Positions 13,606-24,650 of a stretch of DNA of 64,000 bases are shown piece by piece. Numbering within the stretch: position 1 is the first letter of the stretch; each line of letters opens with the position of its first letter. The DNA is taken from contig NC_068984.1 of the NCBI RefSeq assembly GCF_001194135.2, positions 84,110,737 through 84,174,736 on the forward strand, in the 5' to 3' direction. The position numbers and the translations under genes were made by a program. The DNA comes from Octopus bimaculoides (taxonomy: Eukaryota). The notes under the pieces were generated by a model. That model was not told where the DNA came from and did not search any database. It saw only the letters and a program-made list of their open reading frames with translations.

Positions 13606-13950
13606 CATCATCATCATCATCGTTTAACGTCCACTTTCCATGCTAGCATGGGTTGGACGATTTGACTGCGGACTGGTGAAACCAGATGGCTACACCAGGC
13701 TCCAATCTGATTTGGCAGAGTTTCTACAGCTGGATGCCCTTCCTAACGCCAACCACTCCAAGAGTGTAGTAGGTGCTTTTACGTGCCACTGGCACAAAGG
13801 CCAGTCAGGCGGTACTGGCAACGACAACGCTCAAAATGGTGTATTTTATGTGCCACCCGCACAAGAGCCAGTCCAGGGGCACTGGCAACGATCTCACTCG
13901 AAAGTCCTTACACATGCCACGGGCACAAGTGCCAGTAAGGCGACGCTGAT
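13606..13950 (-). mobile_element. RTE LINE 3' UTR fragment (family B) with (GAT)n tail
   Basis: Reads ...GTGGACGTTAAACGATGATGATG on minus; high identity to 21848-22140 and 44442-44900. Confidence 0.8.
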
Positions 13951-16094
13951 AGTGACTAATACATTCAGTAGTGGATTTTCCAAGGTAAATTATGTCTCAG
14001 AGACAGTGGGACAAGAGCAGGTATCTTGCTGAAGAAATGAATACAAACCTTGCCCATCTGGGGATGGGAGGTGGGGGAGAGATATGTGAAGTCAAGGTAC
14101 AAGGTGAACATGAAAGACAAAATAGGATAAACAGAAAAGGTGAATGAGTAGGTAGACGAGCTGGAGTGAGAGTAGCATAACAAAGTGACAAAAATTACAT
14201 ACCATACCTACCCACCCACACACAATTTGTCCCCTGAAATGTTTGTAAACCAAAACTATTTTTCCCATAGAAAATTCATGAGGAGGCATGGTGAAAATCG
14301 AGCACTGACTTGTATGTTGATTATTTTGAGACACTGTTTATCACCCAAGACATTTTATGTTTGAAACATTGTTTGTAAACAGAGCTTTCAATAGACATAC
14401 CACACACACACGCACACAATGGGTTTTTCCACGATTTTTCTCTATCAAATACACTCACAAGGCATTTTGTAGGCTTAGGGCTACAGTAGAAGACACTGGT
14501 CTAAAACCACATGGTTCCAAAGTGAGCTTCTTAACTACACAGTCATGCCTCCACCAATATAAAGGGGAAAAAAAAAGGTATTCCTTGTTGTGACGTAGAG
14601 TAAACTGCAATAGTTTGAGCAAGTTGTATTGCTTTTGCCGCCTAGCTTGTTTATTTTAGAAGTTTTCATGGTAATTACATTAAAAGCAAACAACACAATG
14701 GTGAAAACAGGATCTATTGGATGTGTCATGTTAACCAACATAAAATGTAGGGCACATTTGAGCTAGGCATGAAGGTCTGGCACTACTAGTAGTAATAGTA
14801 GTAATGGTTTCTAATTTAGGTAGATGTCCAGCAATTTTGAAAGGAAGGGCTGGACTTAACTGTTACCATCAACCTTGGCCTGATTTGAACTCAGACATAG
14901 CTAAATATTGCAAGATATTTTGTCAGAACCTATCAACCCTGCTGAGTTGAAATCCACAGATTCTCGGAAAGAAAGGATACAGGCAAAGTTGTGGTATTGG
15001 AAACTGGAATGTAAAAAGCTGGAAGAAATACCTCAAAGGCAGTTTTTCGTTGATGCTCTAAGGATTCTGCTAATTCACTGCTGTTATAATAATAATAATA
15101 ATGGCTTGAAATTTTGGCATGAGGCCAGCAATTTTTGGGGAGGGGGCAAGTCAATTACATCAACCCCAGTGCTCAACTGGTACTTATTTTATCAACCTGA
15201 AAGGACGAAAGGCAAAGTTCATCTATGCAGAAATGCCGCTAAGCATTTTACCCAGCATGCTAATAATTTCCAGTTTGATGCCTTATATAATAATAATGAT
15301 AATAATGATGATGATTTCTCATATAGGTACAAAAGCCAGAAATTTATGGGAAGGAGTCAGATGATTACATGAGTCCCAATATTCAATTGACATTTATTTT
15401 ATAGGCTGGAAGGAAATGAACTCACAACATAGACATGTATTTAAATACCATATGGCATTTTTCTAATTCTCTAACAACCTCCACCTGGCTAATGATGATA
15501 ATACTTTTTACTATAAGGCTTGAAATTTTGGTACAGCAAACTAGTTGATTACACTGACCCCAGTTCTTGACTGGCACTAATTTTATCTACCCTGAAAAGA
15601 TGTAAGGCATAGTCAACTGAGGTGGAATTTGAACTCAGAATGTAAAGCCAGAAGAAATGCTGCTAAACATTTTGTTCAGTATGCCAAACAATTCTGCCAG
15701 CTCACTATGCAGTGGCTCACATGACTTCTGATCTTAACTGATTAGAAGTGTTATAATGTACAGGTTTTGTTCTGGTATAAAAGATGGGCTACAGCAAATA
15801 TTCTGCTCAATATTACAGATTTGCTTGTCAGTTGTTTGACCATAACCAGTTGAGCATGCCCCTTAGTGGCTGACGATATGTGCATATCTGATCATGAGCA
15901 GAAGTAGTGGGGGAGCATCATAGCCATGTGTTGAGAGGAACTCTTTGGGGTTTGAATAATTCACCTCTGGAAACATGGGTGTTTTGTTCAATGTCCTTAA
16001 ATCTTATTCAGGGACCTTTTGAGCAGGATGGGCTACTTGACTTGAAGAAAATTCTAACTGGGCCCCACCCTCAAGGTTATGTGCTGTTTATCTT

Positions 16095-16745
16095 GATATG
16101 AGATCACCATGTGTGGCACCCTAGGCAAGTGCCTTCTACTATAGCCTTGAGCCGATCANNNNNNNNNNNNNNNNNNNNNNNNNNNNNNNNNNNNNNNNNN
16201 NNNNNNNNNNNNNNNNNNNNNNNNNNNNNNNNNNNNNNNNNNNNNNNNNNNNNNNNNNNNNNNNNNNNNNNNNNNNNNNNNNNNNNNNNNNNNNNNNNNN
16301 NNNNNNNNNNNNNNNNNNNNNNNNNNNNNNNNNNNNNNNNNNNNNNNNNNNNNNNNNNNNNNNNNNNNNNNNNNNNNNNNNNNNNNNNNNNNNNNNNNNN
16401 NNNNNNNNNNNNNNNNNNNNNNNNNNNNNNNNNNNNNNNNNNNNNNNNNNNNNNNNNNNNNNNNNNNNNNNNGCCATTTGGTTCGCCAGTCCTCAGTCAA
16501 ATCGTCCAACCCATGCTAGCACGGAAAGCGGATGTTAAACGATAATGATGATGATGATGATGTGTGTGTGTATATGTTTGTCCCCTAGCATCACTTGACA
16601 ACCGATGCTGGTGTGTTTACATCCCCGTAACTTAGCGCTTCAACAAAAGAGACTGATAGAATAAATACTAGGCTTATAAAGTCCTGGGGTTGATTTGCTC
16701 GACTAAAGGTGGTGCTCCAGCATGGCTGCAGTCAAATGACTGAAT
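16095..16745 (+). mobile_element. SINE family A copy interrupted by an assembly gap and an RTE 3' tail (16472-16561)
   Basis: Head before the N-run, body at about 16565-16745. Confidence 0.7.
16159..16471. other. Assembly gap (N-run)
   Basis: N-run; other gaps at 17619-17628, 20875-21234 and 48051-48060. Confidence 0.99.
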
Positions 16746-17339
16746 CAATTAATAAAATGTTAAAAATAAATCATTAATCAATCCTTGGTTCTCAAACTAT
16801 GTAAATTATTGGGCTGTCACATAAATTTGATTTTCCCCCCCAAAATGTTAATCTTTACTAATGTTTGAATCGACATAAAAAAATCTTTTTATTGTAGTAT
16901 ATTCTAAAAAAAGGTTTATGCTTATTTTTGTAGTCGTATTTTTTCCTCACAACTTGTCATTTAAAAAATTTCAATACATTTTATCTCTTTTCACACATCT
17001 CTTTGACATCAAACTTCCAAATTATCACACCTTATTGTCATTAGATAGAGTAGGCCTAATGACATTATGCTTTTATTTTTTGATTGGTTACAGACTGCAG
17101 TAGCACCTTCAAGAGTTTAGTCAATCTTACCAACTTCCATTTCCTTTGTGTCAAACTGCCAAGTTACTAGACATAAAGAAACATAACATTAACAGGTTTT
17201 ATACTGATGTAAATATAACACTTTAGCATTTAAACTGGCCATAACCAGCTCAAATATTCAACCTGTTTCATATTCAAAACTGGCCAGATCTGGCTTATCA
17301 CACCTCCCTACAATACCCTTTTAAAAATAAACAATAAAT

Positions 17340-17690
17340 GCAAGTGTAGCTGTAAGAAGTTTACTTCCCAATCACATGGTTCCAGGTTCAGCTCCACTGT
17401 GTGGTACCTCAGGCAAGTGTCTTCTACTTTAGCTTCAGGCCGATCAAGGCTTTGTGAGTGGATTTGGTAGATAGAAACTGAAAGAAGCCCAGTGTGTATG
17501 TGTGTTTGTCCCCCGCCACCGCTTGACAACCAGTGTTGGTGTGTTTATGCCCCTGTAACTTAGCGGTTTAGCAAAAGAGACAAAAAAAAAAAGTACTAGA
17601 CTTAAAAAAAAAAAAAAANNNNNNNNNNTTAAAAAAAAAAAAAAAATCTTGGCCACAGTTAAAATGACTGAAACAAGTAAAAAATAAATT
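17340..17690 (+). mobile_element. SINE family A copy (degenerate, small gap)
   Basis: Head and body similar to 577-949. Confidence 0.75.
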
Positions 17691-17870
17691 ACTTTATCAA
17701 AAACTTGAAGCTAAGAGATAATGCAGGATTTATTTAAAACAATGTAAATAAATAGCGGTTCACTTGACAGATTAATCTGAACACTAAAGGGTAAATATCC
17801 ACCAAATTCACTAACAAGCTATTGGTTAACCTGAGGCTACAGCAGAAAACGCATCCTCAAGGTTCTACAT

Positions 17871-18035
17871 CAGGCATGGGCAACCTTTTTTGAGAAGTGG
17901 GCTGCATGGGACACGGACCCTGATCAGGTGGGCCATACTACTAAAAAAAAAAAAAAAAAAAAAAAAAGTTCAAGGTAATTTTTCATAAGGTGTGCCTTTC
18001 TGAAATTCTTGTTGGCTGCAAGTTGCCTATGGCTG
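17871..18035. mobile_element. hAT MITE, 165 bp
   Basis: TIRs CAGGCATGGGCAAC and GTTGCCTATGGCTG; TSD TTCTACAT/TTTTACAT (7/8); inserted in a SINE head. Confidence 0.8.
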
Positions 18036-19759
18036 TTTTACATTGTGAGATTGAATCCAAAACCATATAACTGTGAAGCAAACTTCTTAATTCCACCACA
18101 ATATATCTTTGCCAATGTTTGGCATTTTCATACATCTCCCCCACTCCCTATCAGAAATATATATAAAATAAAAACATGAGAGAACATCTACATAGTTACT
18201 AAACCAATGTGAAATAGCAGTAAAATCTCCCTCAAATCAATTCCTACTGTCCTGCATAGATACAGTGGATCATGTTGTCTTTGTTACATTATTATATCTG
18301 CAATAAATAAATTACTGGATAAATACATAGACAAACAAGATGATATTGCAGAAATACTTTTGGTCATATATCTGCTCAGGGCTGAGCTGGCTGTACCAAA
18401 CAAGATAAGCTGCTTAGAAGAGATTTTCTTCTAACAGTGCTAGCGTATGTCTGAAAGACTCTCATCCTTCTACATTGTTATCACTGACACAAAACTAACT
18501 TCTGCTAAGCCTATTGAGGTTTATCTCAGAATACATCAACTTCAACTTTTAATTACTGTTATAGCAGCAGAAGTAGTAGAATTTTTAGTCCCGAGTTAGC
18601 CTGATTCAATAAACTTATGATAAAAGATGTGCAAACTGTGACAATCTCATCTTTTTTTCAGATAATATGCATCCCCTTAGCTCAATGTACCCTTCCCTTT
18701 TGTAAGATAAGAGGAAGCATTTCGAGGATATTTTTAAAAAGATAATTAGGTGTAATTTGAGGGAGATTTGGTTGCTATTTCTACCAAGTATTACATACAA
18801 TGTGTAACTAGAATAAAAGTCATGATCCAATGGCAAGTCTTATTGAGAAAATTGGTGATAATGGCATGGAGCTTAACATTACTAGATGTTCTGGTACCTA
18901 TTCCAAATATTTGGAATGTGTGTTTCTGTTCAGCAAATACACCCACAGGGTATTAGTTGGCTTGAGGCCATAGTAGAAGACACTTGTCCAAGGTGTATGC
19001 AGTGGGACACAACCATGGTTAAACGCCTTAGACACACATGCCTGTGCCTAAAGTCAAATTCATGTAACATATTTAGATAAAGACTATTGTGGCAAATGTT
19101 CTACAGATGAATGCCCATCTTATCATTCATTTAAATCATGAAGTGGCAACTTATTTCTAGCTAGGCAGACTAAAGTTAATTTATCATACTCTTACTTTAG
19201 GCTCAAACTAGACTAGAGTATATACAGATATCTAATCATGCTCTCAAATAAATGTTTTTCACTTTCATGATCAGAAATGTACAGTAAAAGATCACCAATT
19301 GCACTGATTTTATGAGCTGAGAGTAATAAGATTTGCACCTTTACAATGGAATAGAGAGAGTGTAATAGCTACAACCAAAAATTGGATTTGTGTTATGATT
19401 CACTTTTCCATGCTAGCATTGCCTGTTTTTCAAGTAAATTTTTTATTTTACCTGCCTTTGAAGGTGTAGAGCTACAGAATAATTTAACAGGGAATGTCAA
19501 TAAAATGCCACTGTTTTTTTGTTCAAATAGTTTCATGTGAAGAGGTGTCATGTAAACATTCAGGCACACACACACAATGTGTGTATATATATATAATAAC
19601 ACTGTACTTATTCCACGTCCTTGCGTTGCTTTTTCGTGTTTTTTCTTGCTTGTTCATGTTTGAATTGACTATATATATATGTGTGTGTGTATGTGTGTAT
19701 CTATCTATCTATACACACACACACGTATACATGTATATGTGTGTGTATATCTATCTTTC

Positions 19760-20530
19760 TCATCATCATCATTTAACCTCTGTTTTCTATGCTGGCATGG
19801 GTTGGACAATTTGACTGAAAATTATTCAATTATTTGGCATGGTTTCTACAGCTTGATGCCTTTCTTAATGCCAACCACTCCAAGAGTGTAGTGGGTGCTT
19901 TTTACATGCCAGGTATGTGACACTGGCGTTGGCCACAACTATGATTTCGCTTGGTTTGACGCGTCTTCTTAAGCACAGCATATCGCCCAATGTTTGAAGG
20001 GTACTTTTTATGTGCCACTGGCACGAGAGCCAGTTACATGACACTGGCACTGGCCAAAACTGCGATTGATGGGCTTGACAGGTCTTCTCAAGCACAGCAT
20101 ATCGCCAAAGGTGTTGGTCACTAGTCATTGCCTCTGTGAAGCCTAACATTCGAAGATCATGCTTCATCGCCTTGTCTCATGTCTTTTAGGGTTTACCTCT
20201 TCCACAGGTTCCCTTCACAGTTAGAGGTCGGCACTTCTTCACACAGCTGTCCTCGTCCATACGCAGTCATCTCTCTTGTGTACCATATCTGATGTCTCTT
20301 ATGCTCACTTTTCTCTCCAGATGCTTACACTGTCATACATGTACACTGACATTCCACATCCAGTGAAGCATACTAGCTTTATTTCTTTCAAGTTTTTGCA
20401 TATCCTCAGCAGTCTCAGCTTATGTTTCACCACTGTGTAGTATGGCTGTTTGCACACAGGCATCATACAATCTGCCTTTCACTCTGAGAGAGAGGCTCTT
20501 TGTTACCAACAGAGGTAAAAGTTCTCTTAA
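19760..20530 (-). mobile_element. RTE LINE 3' end: degraded ORF C-terminus plus 3' UTR
   Basis: Minus translation LSLRVKGRLYDACVQTAILHSGET...GRGKP...KHDLRMLGFTEAMTSD..LWRYAV resembles the RTE post-RT region; contains stops. Confidence 0.8.
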
Positions 20531-20629
20531 CTTTGCTCATATATATATATATATAAACACCCATTTGCTGCAGAAATACATCCAGAGAAAGAATACTGAG
20601 TGTTGCAGACCAGGCAAGACAGTTTGCCT

Positions 20630-20701
<72 letters not shown>

Positions 20702-21234
20702 GAGAAGATGCAGGCATGACTGTGTGGCTAAGAGGCTTACTTCCTAACCATATGGTCTCAGGTTCAGTCTCACAGTGTGGTACCTTGTGCAACTATTTTC
20801 TACTATATCCTGGGTTGACCAAAACTTTGACTAGATGAAAACTGAATGAAGCCCATTGTGTGTGTGTGTGTGTGNNNNNNNNNNNNNNNNNNNNNNNNNN
20901 NNNNNNNNNNNNNNNNNNNNNNNNNNNNNNNNNNNNNNNNNNNNNNNNNNNNNNNNNNNNNNNNNNNNNNNNNNNNNNNNNNNNNNNNNNNNNNNNNNNN
21001 NNNNNNNNNNNNNNNNNNNNNNNNNNNNNNNNNNNNNNNNNNNNNNNNNNNNNNNNNNNNNNNNNNNNNNNNNNNNNNNNNNNNNNNNNNNNNNNNNNNN
21101 NNNNNNNNNNNNNNNNNNNNNNNNNNNNNNNNNNNNNNNNNNNNNNNNNNNNNNNNNNNNNNNNNNNNNNNNNNNNNNNNNNNNNNNNNNNNNNNNNNNN
21201 NNNNNNNNNNNNNNNNNNNNNNNNNNNNNNNNNN

Positions 21235-21265
<31 letters not shown>

Positions 21266-21847
21266 TCATCATCATCATCATTTAATGTCTGTTTTCCACA
21301 CTGGCATGAGCTTGATGGTTTGACCAGCGCTGGTAAGCCAGAGAGCTGCACCAGGCTCCAGTTGTCTGTTTTCGCTGGGTACCTTTTACGTGTCACTGGC
21401 ACTGGCCATGTGTGTGTGACCACGAGTCACACACATGCAAAGGTCCTTCATGTAATTTCTGTCTACCAATTCTAATCACAAGCAATTAGATGACCTAAGC
21501 CTACAGTAGAAAACACTTGCTTAAAGACCCATGCAGGGAAAGAGAGAGAGAGAGAGAACTCAAAACTCATATGGTTACAAAGTAAACTCTGCAGCCACAC
21601 AGCCATGAAGGTATTTACATTTGTGTAAGAGAAAACAAAAACAGATTATTCATATTCGAATGACTGTAAAGAAAAAAAAAACCCCCATGCTGTGTTATTA
21701 GTAGCACAAAGTAGAGAAGATTAGTAGCACAAAGTAGAGAGCAATAATGTTAATAAAAAAAGAAAAGAAAAACAAAATGCACTAAATAAATTTTTAAATG
21801 GTTCCCCATCACCTCCTCAAAGAAAGCAAAAAAATATATTCTTAAAA

Positions 21848-22475
21848 TCATCATCATCGTTTAACGTCCGCTTTCCATGCTAGCATAGGTTGAACGATTT
21901 CACTGAGGACTGGTGAAACCAGATGGCTACACCAGGCTCCAATCTGATTTGGCAGAGTTTCTACAGCTGGATGCCCTTCCTAACGCCAACCACTCAGAGA
22001 GTGTAGTGGGTGCTTTTACATGCCACCGGCACGAAGGCCAGTCAGGCGGTACTGGCAACGGCCACGCTCAAAATGGTGTATTTTATGTGCCACCTGCACA
22101 AGAGCCAGTCCAGGGGCACTGGCAATGATCTCACTCGAAAGTCCTTACACATATCACAGGCACAAGTGCCAGAAAGGCGACACTGGGCACATGTGCTATC
22201 CCGATTTCGCTTTTGCTTGCCCCAATAAGTCTTCACAAGCTGAGTTTCGTGTCCAATGAAGGAGACGACATTGGCATGGGTGCCAGTCGTCGAATTTAGT
22301 TCGATTTCGATTTCACTTGCCTCAACAAGTCTTCGCAAGCGGAGTTCAGTGTCCAATGTAGGAAAGGTACGCATAAGTGGGCTGGCTACACCCCTGGCAG
22401 AGGCCTTGGATTTAGGGCTCACTTGGCTTGCCGGGTCTTCTCACGTACAGCATATTTCCAAAGGTCTCAGTCAGA
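21848..22475 (-). mobile_element. RTE LINE 3' end (young copy)
   Basis: ORF end (DLWKYAVREKTRQAK-stop) followed by about 570 bp of 3' UTR and a (GAT)n tail; CpGs largely intact. Confidence 0.82.
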
Positions 22476-24339
22476 AGTTTTAAAATCATCATGACAAAAT
22501 TTTCAAGATAGATGAAGTGAGATAGCTCCAATTGAGAAAATAAATTGTAAAGCAAACTGTGCTCGCAGAGTGTATCTCTATAGTACTCACTTTGTGCAGT
22601 TAATAGTGCTTTCTCTTTTTCATTTGGGTGGGAGTGGATGAAAGGGACCACACACTCCCTTTCCCATCTCCAGTTATAAGAGTTGTACAATAAATTGATT
22701 TGATTTCAGTGTATAAGTGATATTTAATTGCAACTATAAATGCCATATAACACTAATTAGCTTTTAAAGACATATGCAGTAAGATGGCAGTCATTAGAGC
22801 ATTAATTGAAACACTATAGTTTTAATGTGAAATAGATGAGAAAGAAATCGTCATGAATATGATGCCAGTCTATCATAGCTATCATTCTAAGTACATCTGA
22901 TACCTGTACCTATTGAGAGGTAAATGAAGTGAGGCAATAGAAAATAAAATGCTCTGTCTAGAAAAAGCAGAGAGACATTTGTAGTAGATTTCAACTCAGA
23001 AATTAAGAAAATAGTATGCCTTATTTATTCAGCCAAATCACATCTTATACATTTTATTGATAATAGAATGATGAAAGGAAGCAGTGTTTCTGACAAAATT
23101 TGAACTTAAAAGTATGAGACACACTACATTGGGGCTCAATAAAGCATGTAGGCCAGTCTTCCATGCCTGTAAACCTACAGCAATTTTCTAAGCCATTGTC
23201 ATCAAAATTACTCAACAATGAGTGGAGCAGAGAGCTGGCAGAATTGTTAGAGCATTCAGGAGAATGCCTTTCTTCTGACTCTTTATATTCTGAGTTCAAA
23301 TTCTGCCAAGATCAACTTTTCCTATCATCCTTTCAGGGTCAATTAAATAAAGTACCGGTCAAGTACTAGGAATAAGGTCAACAGTACTGACTAATCCCCT
23401 TACCCTGAGAACTGCTGGCCTTGTGCCTAATTTAGAATTATTTAACATGAGTTTTTTCTTCCGTGTTGAGATGGGCTAACCAAATCCCATAGCATCTTAC
23501 ATTTTCTCAGGAATCCTCTACACACACAGCAACAGAGAAAACAGCCAGTATCTGTTGTTGTGTATGACATTTTTTTGCATGGCCTTAACAGTTGGATACC
23601 CATCCTTTAACCAGCCGCTTCACAGCATGGACTGAGTATTGTAGACAGGCCCAGAAAGCTTTAATTCAAAAGAAGCCCTTTAACATTTAAACTGAGCATA
23701 TCTGGCCAAAATAATCTGTTTTATCTTTAAACTGGCCAGATCCAGCTTCTCACACTCACCCTACAATAAACAATCGCAACATTGAAATCTCAAAGCTACA
23801 AGGTAACGCATAACTAATTTTTATCAATATCATCATCACTGTTTAACATCTGCCTTCAAGGCTGACATGGGTTGGATGGTTTGACAGGAGCCAGTCAGTT
23901 AGAAGACTACACCAGGCTACTGTGTCTGTCTTGGCATGATTTTTATGGCTGGATGCCTTTCCTAACACCAACCACCCTGTAGAGTGAATAAATAAGCATC
24001 ACATTTGATAGAGAAATCTGAATGCTAAAGGGTTAAACACTGACGTAGTTAATGTAAATGCAGTTAAAACAACAGCTTGCACAATTGTCAAAATATAAAT
24101 AAAGGATGGAACAAGAGATCTGTCCAAATGTAGAGTAAGCTATAATTATCTGAAAAGGTGTGTAAATTGAATTGAGGTGGAAAAAAATCTTTAAAATTAG
24201 GCTAATGTTGTTGGTGAGAGGGATTTGAAATGCAATTACTCAGCAAAATACACATTAAAATATATCTGACATGTTAACAGAGATTTACAATCATCACAAC
24301 TACGTAATACATGAACCCATCAGCACTTCATACATCATG

Positions 24340-24650
24340 TGAATCAGTCAACAGGCAACACAGTACATGAATCAATTAACACATAATACGAATCAACCAA
24401 GTCACAAAGTACATAAATCAGTCAGCAGACTACTCAGTATATGAATCAATCAATATACCACAGAGTAAATGAGTCAATCAGCACAACATAGTATATGAAT
24501 CAATCAAAACACCACAGAGTATAAGAATCAATCAACACACTGCAAAGTATATGTATATCAATACAGTATATGAATCAATCAATACATGACACAGTGTATG
24601 AGTGACTCAACACACCACACAGAAAATAAATTATTCAATACATCACACTT
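24340..24650 (+). repeat. Degenerate minisatellite, about 28-bp unit (GAATCAATCAACACACCACAGAGTATAT-like)
   Basis: About 11-12 diverged tandem units are visible. Confidence 0.85.

Noticed and set aside
13640-14032. 130-aa ORF (MLAWVGRFDCGLVKPDGYTRLQ...) and similar ORFs at 21913, 22042 and 44458
   Set aside because: Translations of the RTE 3' UTR repeat, not genes.
14908-15372. 154-aa plus ORF
   Set aside because: Composed of antisense SINE family C fragments and (AAT)n microsatellites.
16111-21475. Long ORFs full of X
   Set aside because: Artefacts of reading through N-gaps and dinucleotide repeats.
21697-21740. 21-bp direct repeat with 23-bp period (also a 33-bp duplication near 40610-40680)
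   Set aside because: Two-copy slippage duplications, not CRISPR-like arrays; no CRISPR is expected or seen in this eukaryotic DNA.
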